A program made the position numbers and the translations under genes. A stretch of DNA of 64,000 bases from Microcoleus sp. (lineage in GTDB: Bacteria; Cyanobacteriota; Cyanobacteriia; Cyanobacteriales; Microcoleaceae), in contig JAYFMW010000010.1 of NCBI GenBank assembly GCA_042408215.1, positions 32,001 to 96,000 of the forward strand, read 5' to 3'. How positions within the stretch are numbered: the first letter of the stretch is position 1; every line of letters starts with the position of its first letter. The notes beneath the pieces are model-generated. The model saw only the letters and a program-made list of their open reading frames with translations, did not search any database and was not told the DNA's origin. Of this stretch, positions 20,321 through 30,429 are shown piece by piece.

Positions 20321-22174
20321 GTGCAACCTGTAGACTTTACAACTTTAACCGCCGCTTGCAGCGAACTGCGAGCCGAATGGCTGCCAGCGCGCCTAGAACA
20401 AGTCTATCAGCGCGATCGCTTCACCGTAGCCCTGGCCCTACGCACCATGAAAGGGCGCGGCTGGATCGACGTTTCTTGGCATCCTGTGGCCGCCCGCATC
20501 TGCGTCGGCGACTCCCCACCCCGCATTCCCGATACCTTCACCTTCAGCCAGCAACTGCGCCACCAACTCAGCGGTTTAGCACTGGTTTCGATCGCCCCCA
20601 TTTCCTCCTGGGAAAGAGTCATCGACTTGCAATTCGCCCAACGCCCCGGAGAACCAGCGCTCTGGCATCTCTACGCCGAAATCATCGGCAAATACAGCAA
20701 CGTCATCCTCACCGCCCAAGACAATCTCGTCGTCACCTGCGCCCACCAAGTCAGCGCCAAACAGTCCAGCGTGCGGCCAATCCAAACCGGACAACCCTAC
20801 GAAATGCCCCCCTCGCTGACCGATGCAGCGCCGAGTTTGAGCGAACCTCAAAACCGCTGGCAAGAAAGAATTAGCCTGGTTCCCGGTCAATTACACCGCA
20901 ATCTGCTGAAGAATTACCGAGGGTTGAGTAAGGCGTTAATTTGGTCAATGATTCGATCGGCCAATTTAGACCCAGAACAATCCACCGACAGCCTCAATCC
21001 CGACGACTGGCAGCAACTATTTCACGGCTGGCAACACTGGCTGCTAGCCCTAGAAAACTCAAAATTCCAACCGAGTTTAACAGCCCAAGGCTACACCGTC
21101 ATAGACTGGGCCGCACCAGAAAATAACGCTGTAGGGGTGTCCCGCCCACCCTCTAATTCTTCCCCTCTCTTCCCTTCTTCCTCTTCCCCTCTTCCGACTG
21201 CCATCGGACTGACATCCGTTAAATCCGTTACAGAATCCGTTGCCGAACTTTCTTCTTCCTTCTCTTCCGTCCAAGAATTACTCAACAGTTACTACACAGG
21301 CGAAATCAACCAGCAAGTATTTGCCCAACTGCGGCATCAACTGAGTCAAAAACTCAACAACCTGCTAGCAAAACTGCGCCTCAAAGCCAACACTTTTAAA
21401 GAACGCTTGCAGCAATCAGCCGATGCCGACTTGCACAAATCTCAAGCTGATTTATTGATGGCAAATTTGCAGCAGTGGCAGCCGGGAATGAAATTCATCG
21501 ACCTTCCAGACTTTGAAACCAACGAACCGGTGACTATTCCCCTAAACCTGGAAAAAAACGCCGTTCAAAATGCCCAAGCCCTCTACAAAAAACACCAAAA
21601 ACTTAAAAGAGCTCGCATTGCCGTAGAACCTTTATTAGCCGCTGTACAGGAAGAAATCAACTATTTAGAACAAGTAGAAGCCGCACTTTTGGTATTAGAA
21701 ACTTACCGGAATTCGGCAGATTTGCAAACCCTCGCAGAAATCCGCGAAGAACTGATCCAGCAAAAATATCTAGTTGTACCAGATTATCGCAGTACCGACA
21801 AAAATGCTGCGATCGAATTTCACCGCTACCAAAGCCCCAGCGGCTTTGAATTATTAATCGGGCGCAACAACCGCCAAAACGACCAACTCACTTTTCGCGT
21901 AGCAGGCGACTACGACATCTGGTTTCACACCCTAGAGATTCCCGGAAGCCACGCTTTATTGCGCCTCAAACCCGGTACTGTGGCCCAAGAAGCCGATTTG
22001 CAATTTGCCGCCGACATGGCGGCCTACTACAGTCGCGCCCGCCACAGCGAACAAGTGCCGGTGGTTTATACAAAACCTCAATATGTGTATAAGCCGAAAG
22101 GTGCGAAACCTGGTATGGTTGTATACAAACAGGAGCGGATCGTCTGGGGTCGCCCGCAGCAAGCACGGGCTTAG
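20321..22174 (+). CDS. NFACT/RqcH (fibronectin-binding A-like) ribosome quality-control factor
   Basis: EIIGKYSNVIL, GRNNRQND, WFH..EIPGSH and VYKPKGAKPGMVVY motifs. Confidence 0.92.
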   Translation: MQPVDFTTLTAACSELRAEWLPARLEQVYQRDRFTVALALRTMKGRGWIDVSWHPVAARICVGDSPPRIPDTFTFSQQLRHQLSGLALVSIAPISSWERVIDLQFAQRPGEPALWHLYAEIIGKYSNVILTAQDNLVVTCAHQVSAKQSSVRPIQTGQPYEMPPSLTDAAPSLSEPQNRWQERISLVPGQLHRNLLKNYRGLSKALIWSMIRSANLDPEQSTDSLNPDDWQQLFHGWQHWLLALENSKFQPSLTAQGYTVIDWAAPENNAVGVSRPPSNSSPLFPSSSSPLPTAIGLTSVKSVTESVAELSSSFSSVQELLNSYYTGEINQQVFAQLRHQLSQKLNNLLAKLRLKANTFKERLQQSADADLHKSQADLLMANLQQWQPGMKFIDLPDFETNEPVTIPLNLEKNAVQNAQALYKKHQKLKRARIAVEPLLAAVQEEINYLEQVEAALLVLETYRNSADLQTLAEIREELIQQKYLVVPDYRSTDKNAAIEFHRYQSPSGFELLIGRNNRQNDQLTFRVAGDYDIWFHTLEIPGSHALLRLKPGTVAQEADLQFAADMAAYYSRARHSEQVPVVYTKPQYVYKPKGAKPGMVVYKQERIVWGRPQQARA

Positions 22175-22280
22175 TTTATACAAAGTTCGGGCGATCGAGA
22201 TTTGCCACCTCAAAATTTAATTTTGTGTCGAATTGTAAATTTTTATTGCACAAATTAAATTGGGTTGTTAGGATACAACT

Positions 22281-22434
22281 TTAGAGGGATGATGTATTCC
22301 TGAGAACCCGCCGCGAGGAAACGCGCAGTTTGGGTTTGCTTACTGTGAGAACTGTGAGAACACAGTGAGAGAATTGTCAGAAAACAACGGATTTAACGAT
22401 TGCAGACCAGCTTGATTTCAAGCTGGTCGTTTTT
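22281..22434 (+). ncRNA. Candidate small RNA
   Basis: TTGCAC-17bp-TAGGAT promoter (22246-22274) and intrinsic terminator gaccagcttga/tcaagctggtc plus T-tract; no ORF. Confidence 0.4.
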
Positions 22435-22600
22435 GTGGAAACCAGCGACAGCTTGGTGAATGCGGACTCTAACAAGTAGCATTAATTCGTTTGTAGTAAA
22501 GACTTTAGTCCTTAAAAAAGCCGTAGGCTGAGCCAAGGTGCGTCAGTTGTGAGATGGTTGGTTTGTGACAAAAATAATCCGCTGACGGGGCACCCTACTT

Positions 22601-25600
22601 CTACACTGTCACCCCTTCAAGTTTCTCATCTGTCAACTCGTACAAATCGCGCAACTTCTGCAACTTCTCCGCATCCGGCCGCCAAAAACCCCGCCCGTTA
22701 GCCTCCAACATTCGCCCCACAATATTGCGAAAAGCTTCAGGATTTGCCTCCCGCAACTTCAGCGCCATTTCCCGATCCAAAGCATAAGTATCCGCCGCTT
22801 GATTGTAAACCCAACTATCAGTAAAATCCGCCGTTCCCCCCCAACCAATTAACGCCGTCATCCGCTGCGAAATTTCATAAGCACCGCCGGAACCTTGATT
22901 CGCCATCGCCTTGGCCCACTTAGGATTCAGCAACTTAGTTCGATATTCCAAACGCAGCAAATCTTCTAAATTGCGAGGATTTGTATCCTTAGAAAAACTT
23001 TCCACAAAACTGGTATTAACCTTTTTGCCGCGCTGCTTTTCGGCGGCCTTCTTCAAACCCCCAGTATTAGCATAATACTCTTGAATATCAGTCAAACCAT
23101 ATTCAACAGAATCAATTTCTTGAACAATGCGATCGCACCCTTTCAACAATTGAGTCAAAACCTCCGGCCTCGCTTCCCCCTTATCCTGTCTTCCGTAACT
23201 AAAAACATTACGACTTTCCCAAGTTTTCCCCAACTCATCCCCAGAATCCCAACTACCATCAACAACCCGATCGTTAACCAAAGAACCAAAATCGCCAGCC
23301 GGATTAGAAAACAATCTTGCCGCACAATTTTTCACACCTTGTGCTTGCAAAATCAAAGCGTGTTTCCGAATAAAATTATCCGATTCCGGTTCATCAGCCG
23401 CCGCCGCCCGCACAAACAAATCATCCAGCAATTCAATAATATTCACAAAGCTATCTCGAAAAATCCCCGAAAGATTTCCCAACACATCAATCCGGGGATG
23501 ACCAACATCAACTAACGGTTTTAACTCATAGCGAACAATGCGTCCCGTACCTTCTTTAAGAGGTTCAGCCCCCACCAATTCCAGCAAAATGCCGATCGAC
23601 TCCCCGCGCGTTTTAATCGCATCCAAACCCCACAGCATCACCGCCACAGTCTCAGGATAACTTCCCTGTTCAGCAACGTGCTTATCAAGAATTTTCCGAG
23701 CAATTTCGCGCCCTCTTTCAAAAGCAGCAGGAGAAGGCATCCGATAAGGATCTAAAGCATGAATATTCCTGCCAGTTGGCAACACCCCAGGCCCATCCCG
23801 CAACAAATCCCCACCAGGTGCTGGCAGAATATATTCCCCATTCAAACCCCGCAAAAGATTAGTCAACTCATCGGTCGTTTGCAACAACAAATCCCTAACT
23901 AGCAACCCCTCCTCAAAAACCTCACCAAACCCCTCTTCCTCTTCCTCTCTGCGCCCTCTGCGCCTCTGCGGTTCATTTTCTTCAAAAACCAGTTCCCGCA
24001 CCTGTTCCTCCGATAACCTCTCCCCAAAATAAGCCTCAAGATAAGCCCCCATTTCCTCAGAATTAGGAGGTTCACCGAGGACGTGCAAACCAGAAGAAAA
24101 CAAGCGAGATTCAACCACCTGCAAATACTCGTAAAGCTTCACCAAATAGCGATTAAAAGCATCAGCACTGAACAGACACACATTTTCAAAACTAAAAGCA
24201 ATCCCCAACTTGCGAGCATCATCAAACGGACAATCCGCCTCCAAACCGCTATCTAAAATCTTCTGGCAAATAGCCTCCTTCAGCAGATAATTCTTTTCAG
24301 AATCCTCCCGATATTCCGCAATCAAATCCCGCAAAGCCATCAATTCCTTATACAGCCCAGCGCGACCGTAAGGCGGCACATTGTGAGAAATTATAACACC
24401 GTAACCGCGACGTTTTGCTAACATTGATTCCGACGGATTGTTAGCGGCATAGATATAAAGATTCGGCAAACTTCCCAACAAAATATCCGACCAAGAATAG
24501 CCAGTATTTCCCAGAGGAGATCCTGGTAGCCATTCAACAGTGCCGTGCATCCCGAAGTGAACGACAGCATCAGCTTGAAAATGATTTTGCAGCCACTTAT
24601 AAAAAGCAGCATATTGAGGGTGAGGAGTCAAATCGCGATCGAACATTAAGCGCATCGGATCGCCAGAAATGCCCAGCGGTGGCTGCAAACCGATCCAAAT
24701 ATTGCCCAATTGAATGCCGCCGATTTGGAACTCATCGCCATCAGTTTTAATCCCAGTACCAGTGAGAGACTTCCACTGTTTTTCGATGCGACTTGTGAAC
24801 AGATAACCTAGCCATTTTTCGAGAGTTTTGACATTAACAGTATTAACCGCAGATGTAGTTTCATCCGCCTCTTTTACCATGCGAATCAACTCTTCACCAT
24901 CAGCCGGCAAATCTCCCACAGTATAGCCTTGTGCTTTCAGTTTTTGGAGGAAATTCAAGAGCGATTTCGGTACATTAAGTAAAGCCGCCGTACCAGCCGC
25001 ACCGTAACCGGGAGGAAACCCGTAGAGAATAATGGCAATTTTACGTTTAGAAGGCGGAGTTTGCCGTAGTTTCACCCAATTATTAATTCTACTTGTGAGG
25101 CGTTTCAGGCGATCGGGAACCAGATAAATATCCTCACCAACCAAACCACCGAGGGGAATCGGATCGATCGCCCCATCCAACTCAGGCAAAGCATATAATA
25201 CCACACTTTGCAAACCTCCAATCCCCTGACGAGTCCAAGAATAAATATCCTGAATCAGCAAAGGTGCGGAAACAAAATAAGGTACATTTTTAGCAGCCAG
25301 AATTTTTTTAGCAACTTCCACCTGCCGCCCAGCCTCCATCGAACCAGCAGGCCCGCCAACTAGGGGAAAGCCAATAGTAGAAACAATCGCATCTACTTCC
25401 ACAGCATCTTGAGAAAGAGAAAGAGTTTCAATATTACCTTGTTTGCGCCGTGCAGTTTCATCAGCAGTAGTCATCCAATCCCGCACCGCCACATGGCCTT
25501 CAACACCATTGATAAAAATCGGCAAAGGTATAATTCCAGCAGCTTCAAAATAGCGAATCAATTGAGGAATGTAAGGCTGTTTGGTGATGACGTGCTTGCG

Positions 25601-26389
25601 GTAAAGCAAGATTCCCACAACCGGGGATTTTCCTCCGTCCGATTTTTGACACCAATTGGTGTCAAATTTTGTGGGGAGTAGGGGGTGAGAATCTTGCTCG
25701 CCATTATTGGTTTGATGACTTTGATACCAATCCAAATACTCGCGGGGCGATGCAAAATAACCGTCATAGTCTGGATGAAGCAAACCCATATTTGGAGTTT
25801 CCACAGGCGGCGGAATTTCCCCAACCTTCAGCCCCAAATACTTTTCAGCAATTGTCCAAAACATGGACACAACATTATCCGCACCGCCCGCATTCCAGTA
25901 ACCGTAAATAATCAGCCAGTTGCGTAAATCCTGCACTTTTTGCACCGGCACATATTTCAATAACTTCGGGCCAACCTTCAAAAAACTGATGTAACCAGCC
26001 AGCTTATCTTCTTCTCGCCCATTGCCGAATTTATCCAGAATAAACTTAATCGGCTTCGGCATTCCCTTGGGTCGATCGCCAATTTTAAAAGCACCGATTT
26101 GAGTAAGACTCATCAATTCCAAAGCCGACTCAAAAACGAGACGAACAGGGATGTGCTGCACCCTTTCCCGCAGCCACATTACCGCATCGTAATCAAACAA
26201 CAAACTCCCAAAAAACACATCAGCATTTGCGAGGGCGGCGGCTACAGCTTCCGGTTGATCTGCGAGGGCGCGATCGCTAAAAACCAGAACTTCCAAATCC
26301 CGACAGCCAGCAACAGCCAACTGTGCAGCTTTCCGGTACAAATCAGCATTAAAAGATTCAAACCCAGCAATTAAAACAATCCGTTTCAT
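22601..26389 (-). CDS. bchH: Magnesium chelatase H subunit paralog (CobN/BchH family)
   Basis: HFGMHGTVEWLPG, AANNPSE, LPTGRNIHALDP and RTKLLNPKW motifs; start MKRIVLIAGFESFN. Confidence 0.9.
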   Translation of the reverse strand: MKRIVLIAGFESFNADLYRKAAQLAVAGCRDLEVLVFSDRALADQPEAVAAALANADVFFGSLLFDYDAVMWLRERVQHIPVRLVFESALELMSLTQIGAFKIGDRPKGMPKPIKFILDKFGNGREEDKLAGYISFLKVGPKLLKYVPVQKVQDLRNWLIIYGYWNAGGADNVVSMFWTIAEKYLGLKVGEIPPPVETPNMGLLHPDYDGYFASPREYLDWYQSHQTNNGEQDSHPLLPTKFDTNWCQKSDGGKSPVVGILLYRKHVITKQPYIPQLIRYFEAAGIIPLPIFINGVEGHVAVRDWMTTADETARRKQGNIETLSLSQDAVEVDAIVSTIGFPLVGGPAGSMEAGRQVEVAKKILAAKNVPYFVSAPLLIQDIYSWTRQGIGGLQSVVLYALPELDGAIDPIPLGGLVGEDIYLVPDRLKRLTSRINNWVKLRQTPPSKRKIAIILYGFPPGYGAAGTAALLNVPKSLLNFLQKLKAQGYTVGDLPADGEELIRMVKEADETTSAVNTVNVKTLEKWLGYLFTSRIEKQWKSLTGTGIKTDGDEFQIGGIQLGNIWIGLQPPLGISGDPMRLMFDRDLTPHPQYAAFYKWLQNHFQADAVVHFGMHGTVEWLPGSPLGNTGYSWSDILLGSLPNLYIYAANNPSESMLAKRRGYGVIISHNVPPYGRAGLYKELMALRDLIAEYREDSEKNYLLKEAICQKILDSGLEADCPFDDARKLGIAFSFENVCLFSADAFNRYLVKLYEYLQVVESRLFSSGLHVLGEPPNSEEMGAYLEAYFGERLSEEQVRELVFEENEPQRRRGRREEEEEGFGEVFEEGLLVRDLLLQTTDELTNLLRGLNGEYILPAPGGDLLRDGPGVLPTGRNIHALDPYRMPSPAAFERGREIARKILDKHVAEQGSYPETVAVMLWGLDAIKTRGESIGILLELVGAEPLKEGTGRIVRYELKPLVDVGHPRIDVLGNLSGIFRDSFVNIIELLDDLFVRAAAADEPESDNFIRKHALILQAQGVKNCAARLFSNPAGDFGSLVNDRVVDGSWDSGDELGKTWESRNVFSYGRQDKGEARPEVLTQLLKGCDRIVQEIDSVEYGLTDIQEYYANTGGLKKAAEKQRGKKVNTSFVESFSKDTNPRNLEDLLRLEYRTKLLNPKWAKAMANQGSGGAYEISQRMTALIGWGGTADFTDSWVYNQAADTYALDREMALKLREANPEAFRNIVGRMLEANGRGFWRPDAEKLQKLRDLYELTDEKLEGVTV

Positions 26390-26542
26390 AGCCCAACCTC
26401 GAAATACTTGCTTATTTAAATGATAGAATAACTCTGCTTTCTCTTCCTTCGCGCCCTTCGCGCCTTCGCGGTTCGTCAAATATGTCTTATTAAAGTAAGA
26501 AACGATTAAAATAATCAAACCAATCCAAACACAACTAAAACC

Positions 26543-28297
26543 GTGAAGCAAATTCCTCCCGCAATTATCATATTAGGTCAAAACAGCCAACCGATCGCCC
26601 AAAAAATCTCAGCAGTTCTGCCCGGTTCACTGATTTACGGTTTAGCCGATCGCACTTCCAATACAGACATCTATTTTAGCAACTTCGGCGAAACATTGCG
26701 AGAATTGTTTGCAACAGAAACCCCAATCATCGGCATTTGCGCCGCCGGAATTCTGATCCGCACCCTCGCCCCAATGCTGTCAGACAAACGAGCCGAACCG
26801 CCAGTTTTAGCAGTAGCAGAAGATGGGAGTGCCATTGTACCACTGTTAGGCGGTTTGCACGGGGTGAACGACTTGGCGAGAGAAATTGCCGTCGCCCTGG
26901 GCGTGCAGCCTGCAATTACCACAACCGGAGATATCCGCTTTCGCACCGCGCTGCTGAGTCCTCCCCAAGGCTATTATTTAGCCAATCCAGACGATGCGAA
27001 AACTTTTATTTCAAATTTGCTCGCCGGGGCGAAAGTACGCGTCGAAGGGGCAGCTAGATGGCTTTCCGAGAGCAATTTGCCGATCGCCCCCGAAGCAAAA
27101 TTAACTCTACTGGTAACAGAAAAAGAAGTGTTGCCGACACCAGATTGTTTAGTTTACCATCCGAAAATTGCAGCAGTTGCACTCTCGCAGCTATCGAATA
27201 TTGAGCCAGAAATAGCAGTGTCTTGCGTGCAGCAATTATTGGAAAAAACAGGTTTAGCCGTTGGATCAATTGCGGGATGTTTTGCCTTAAAAGATGAGAT
27301 GGGAAATCCGGCAATTGAGGCAGTTTCAGAATATTTTCAAGTACCCGTCCGTTTTTTCAATCAATCGGAACTGATCGAATTAGACTCAATTGAATTCAGC
27401 GAAAATCAGGTAGCCCAAATCGCGCTGACAGCAGCCGGTGCAAACAGTCAATTAGTCAAGGGCGATCGCACTTTATCCCTGAATTGCGCGATCGCCCTGG
27501 CTGCGGAACCGCTGGATGCAAGTGCGATCGGAATTAGTCGCGGCAAACTGGCGATCGTCGGTACCGGGCCCGGCGCTGCTGCGTGGATGTCCCCAGAAGT
27601 TAAGGAAATTCTGAGAGAAGCCACGGATTGGGTAGGTTACAAGTTTTATCTCGACTTAGCCGGAAGCCTGCGCGAGGGACAACAGCGGCACGATTCCGAC
27701 AACCGGGAAGAGATCGATCGCGCCCGTTTCGCCCTAGATTTAGCAGCAACCGGAAAATCTGTCGCCGTGATTTCGTCAGGAGATCCGGGGATTTTTGCGA
27801 TGGCGGCGGCAGTGTTTGAGGCGATCGAACTCACAGCCAAACCCGAATGGGAGGGCATCGACATCCGGGTTGCACCGGGCATTTCAGCCATGCAGGCGGC
27901 CGCCGCTGCCATCGGAGCACCCCTCGGCCACGATTTTTGCGTGATTTCGCTTTCCGACATTCTCAAGCCTTGGGAGGTCATAGAACAGCGGATTTCGGCG
28001 GCGGCGATCGCAGATTTCGCGATCGCATTTTACAACCCCGTATCAACACAGCGGAAGTGGCAACTCGGAAGAGCGATCGAGATTTTATTGCAGCATCGGG
28101 AAGCTGAAACCCCCGTCATACTAGGGCGCAACCTCGGCCGGCCCGGACAATCCGTGCGCGTTTGCACCCTCGGCGAATTCCAACCGCAAGACGCAGACAT
28201 GAGAACTTTAGTCATAGTCGGTTCAAGTCAGACCCGGATTGTGCCCCGCAAACACGGAGGCCTATGGGTGTACACACCACGCAAGTACAAAAAATGA
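26543..28297 (+). CDS. cobJ: CbiG / precorrin-3B C17-methyltransferase fusion
   Basis: CbiG N-terminus (EPPVLAVAEDG, LLGGLHG, AITT); methyltransferase motifs VGTGPG, SSGDPG and LGHDFCVISLSD. Confidence 0.92.
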   Translation: MKQIPPAIIILGQNSQPIAQKISAVLPGSLIYGLADRTSNTDIYFSNFGETLRELFATETPIIGICAAGILIRTLAPMLSDKRAEPPVLAVAEDGSAIVPLLGGLHGVNDLAREIAVALGVQPAITTTGDIRFRTALLSPPQGYYLANPDDAKTFISNLLAGAKVRVEGAARWLSESNLPIAPEAKLTLLVTEKEVLPTPDCLVYHPKIAAVALSQLSNIEPEIAVSCVQQLLEKTGLAVGSIAGCFALKDEMGNPAIEAVSEYFQVPVRFFNQSELIELDSIEFSENQVAQIALTAAGANSQLVKGDRTLSLNCAIALAAEPLDASAIGISRGKLAIVGTGPGAAAWMSPEVKEILREATDWVGYKFYLDLAGSLREGQQRHDSDNREEIDRARFALDLAATGKSVAVISSGDPGIFAMAAAVFEAIELTAKPEWEGIDIRVAPGISAMQAAAAAIGAPLGHDFCVISLSDILKPWEVIEQRISAAAIADFAIAFYNPVSTQRKWQLGRAIEILLQHREAETPVILGRNLGRPGQSVRVCTLGEFQPQDADMRTLVIVGSSQTRIVPRKHGGLWVYTPRKYKK

Positions 28298-28539
28298 GTC
28301 CCACAACATTTCTCTCTTTTCTCTTTCTCTGCGCCCTCTGCGCCCTCTGCGGTAAAAAAAAATCTTCTTCACAAAACCCGCCACCAATGAACACTAAATT
28401 ACCAGAAACCATAAACTCACAATCTAATTTGTGCGTAGTTACCTCCTCGACATTCGGCGATTAAAATCGCTTCTTGTCAAACGAAGTCCGCGCAACGCGA
28501 GACCAAGAAATAAAGAGGGTATTTAAGCAAGATTTGGGA

Positions 28540-28659
28540 TCAGACAGATGCCATCCTCACCTTAATCAATAGTTCATTGAGTGCAAAATTTGCATCAGGA
28601 TTAGACGGTAAATGACTTGTACTACTTGCTTGTTCCAATAGATTAACCAGTCGATCGTA
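28540..28659 (-). pseudogene. C-terminal remnant of a second nucleotidyltransferase gene
   Basis: YDRLVNLLEQASSTSHLPSNPDANFALNELLIKVRMASV* parallels the C-terminus of 28806..29747. Confidence 0.55.
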
Positions 28660-28780
28660 CTACGAATTTTATGTAGGGTGCGCAATGCGCACTTTATGTA
28701 GGTGCGCATTGCGCACCTTACGAATTTTATTCACCTACTTTATGTAGGGTGCGCAATGCGCACCTTACGAATTTCATTCG
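28660..28780. repeat. Cluster of REP-like palindromes (gtagggtgcgcaatgcgcac)
   Basis: Three gtgcgca(a/t)tgcgcac palindromes led by GTAG. Confidence 0.75.
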
Positions 28781-28805
28781 TCTTATATTTGCTCACTCAC
28801 AACTT

Positions 28806-29747
28806 TTAGCCGATCGCACTTCGACGCGCTTCAATCAAAAACTGATTAGCTTTATCATAATTAGGACGTTCTGGTAAGCGAGTTGATCCAAAAGCGCGAT
28901 CGAACTCTCGATGCAAATCCAACCGCCACCGATTCACCTCATCCCAGGATACTTCTTGGTTGCGGATAGATAGCAATTGCGATCGATAATCATCCACTCG
29001 AACCGGCACAAAACCCTCCTTCAACACCGTAATTCCTGACAACAACAACCGAATCAAGTGCATCGCGTGCTTCGAGCGAACTTCTCCTGTATTCCTAAAG
29101 TCTTGCTCCATTTTTTTAAATTGAGACAAAACATAGCCATTGTAAGTTTGATAAACCAGTTTGGACAGAAAGATTTCCCGAATTTCCAGCAATTGTTGTG
29201 CTATGGGAGAAACAGTTTCCACCAAAGGCGTATACAAACATTCCAGCACATTTGGGTTAGCTTTTAGTGCCACAATCAAAAACTTTTGCAGTTCCCAGTA
29301 ACATTCGTCATTTTCCTTGTTTTCCAACTGTTCTGGAATCCCATAAAGTGACCAATGAAGCATTGCCGGTGGCAGATAAATCCCGCGTCTGTCTGTATCA
29401 GATTCTTCGCGATCAAGACCATAAGCTCTCGAACCAACAATGCAGCGATAAATAACAGAATCATAGAGGTTGTATTCTGCTAAAAAATCTCCTCGTGACT
29501 GCAATCCTTCGCTCTGAAACTGCTTGCGGATACTGAGTTCGTGTCGCCGCAGACTAACTTCTGTTCCGTCTGGGAGTTTGACTAAATATGCGTGGGAGTT
29601 GTCCGTAGGCGATTGAACGATGACACCTACTAATCCCTGTTTCCAAGATTCGTTAGTTGCGGGGTTTTTGACCTCAATTTTGGTGACTATTTGGGTTCCT
29701 GCGGGTATGATTAAGTTGAAATTTTGGGGAATATTGGCATTGGCCAT
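28806..29747 (-). CDS. Predicted nucleotidyltransferase (Nuc-transf/YcgL-like, Pol-beta superfamily)
   Basis: GSRAYGL...SDTDRRG motif; KANPNVLECL and KHAMHLIRLL. Confidence 0.85.
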   Translation of the reverse strand: MANANIPQNFNLIIPAGTQIVTKIEVKNPATNESWKQGLVGVIVQSPTDNSHAYLVKLPDGTEVSLRRHELSIRKQFQSEGLQSRGDFLAEYNLYDSVIYRCIVGSRAYGLDREESDTDRRGIYLPPAMLHWSLYGIPEQLENKENDECYWELQKFLIVALKANPNVLECLYTPLVETVSPIAQQLLEIREIFLSKLVYQTYNGYVLSQFKKMEQDFRNTGEVRSKHAMHLIRLLLSGITVLKEGFVPVRVDDYRSQLLSIRNQEVSWDEVNRWRLDLHREFDRAFGSTRLPERPNYDKANQFLIEARRSAIG

Positions 29748-29904
29748 GAGGGAACCTCCGGCGGGGCACGAGTTATAATGTTAGCGTAGCATATATGTAG
29801 TACGAAAAATGGAGTTTTGGGCGATCGCTGGGAGCCCCCGCCCGTGCTACGGCTGTTTTGGTCTGGTTGAACATTGTCTAATTAATTATCAAAGAGGAAG
29901 ATTA

Positions 29905-30111
29905 ATGCGTTATGCTGTTATAATTGAAAAAGGTAAAACTAGCTACGGTGTCTATGTTCCCGATTTACCTGGATGTGTAGCTGTGGCTGAAAGTTTAGAA
30001 GATGTGAGGATTTTAATTCAAGAGGCGATCGCATTTCATCTTGAAGGACTACAAGAGGATGCTTTTCCTATTCCCGAACCTGTCTCTATTTGCGAATATG
30101 TTGAAGCTTAA
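29905..30111 (+). CDS. hicB: HicB family antitoxin (orphan)
   Basis: YAVIIEKG..YGVYVPDLPGCVA..E..EAIAFHLEG; AGAGGA RBS. Confidence 0.85.
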   Translation: MRYAVIIEKGKTSYGVYVPDLPGCVAVAESLEDVRILIQEAIAFHLEGLQEDAFPIPEPVSICEYVEA

Positions 30112-30429
30112 GCTAAACACCAATTATATCAATTCCGGTTGTATCGGAATGATTTAACCGCAGAGGACGCAGAGGAAGCAGAGGTAGGGGAGAGAGAGAT
30201 GAATGATTCCGATACCAACGGATTTGATGTTACTTTCTCTATTTGCGAATATGTTGAAGCTTAAGCTAAACACCAATTATATCTATTCCGGTTGTATCGG
30301 AATGATTTAACCGCAGAGGACGCAGAGGAAGCAGAGGTAGGGGAGAGAGATGAATGATTCCGATACCAACGGATTTGATATTACTTTCTCTATTTGCGAA
30401 TATGTTGAAGCTTAAGCTAAACACCAATG
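30083..30429. repeat. About 152-bp period tandem duplication: three ~43-bp direct repeats separated by two copies of a ~110-bp inverted-repeat element
   Basis: tctctatttgcgaatatgttgaagcttaagctaaacaccaat x3; inserts bounded by atcaattccggttgtatcggaat / attccgataccaacggatttgat. Confidence 0.9.

Noticed and set aside
26390..26542. Cobalamin riboswitch or N-terminal extension of bchH
   Set aside because: No B12-box seen; the extension translates a dispersed repeat and overlaps cobJ, so the start was set at 26389
30083..30429. Possible mini-CRISPR (three direct repeats)
   Set aside because: The two intervening sequences are ~110-bp copies of each other and the repeat is the hicB 3' end
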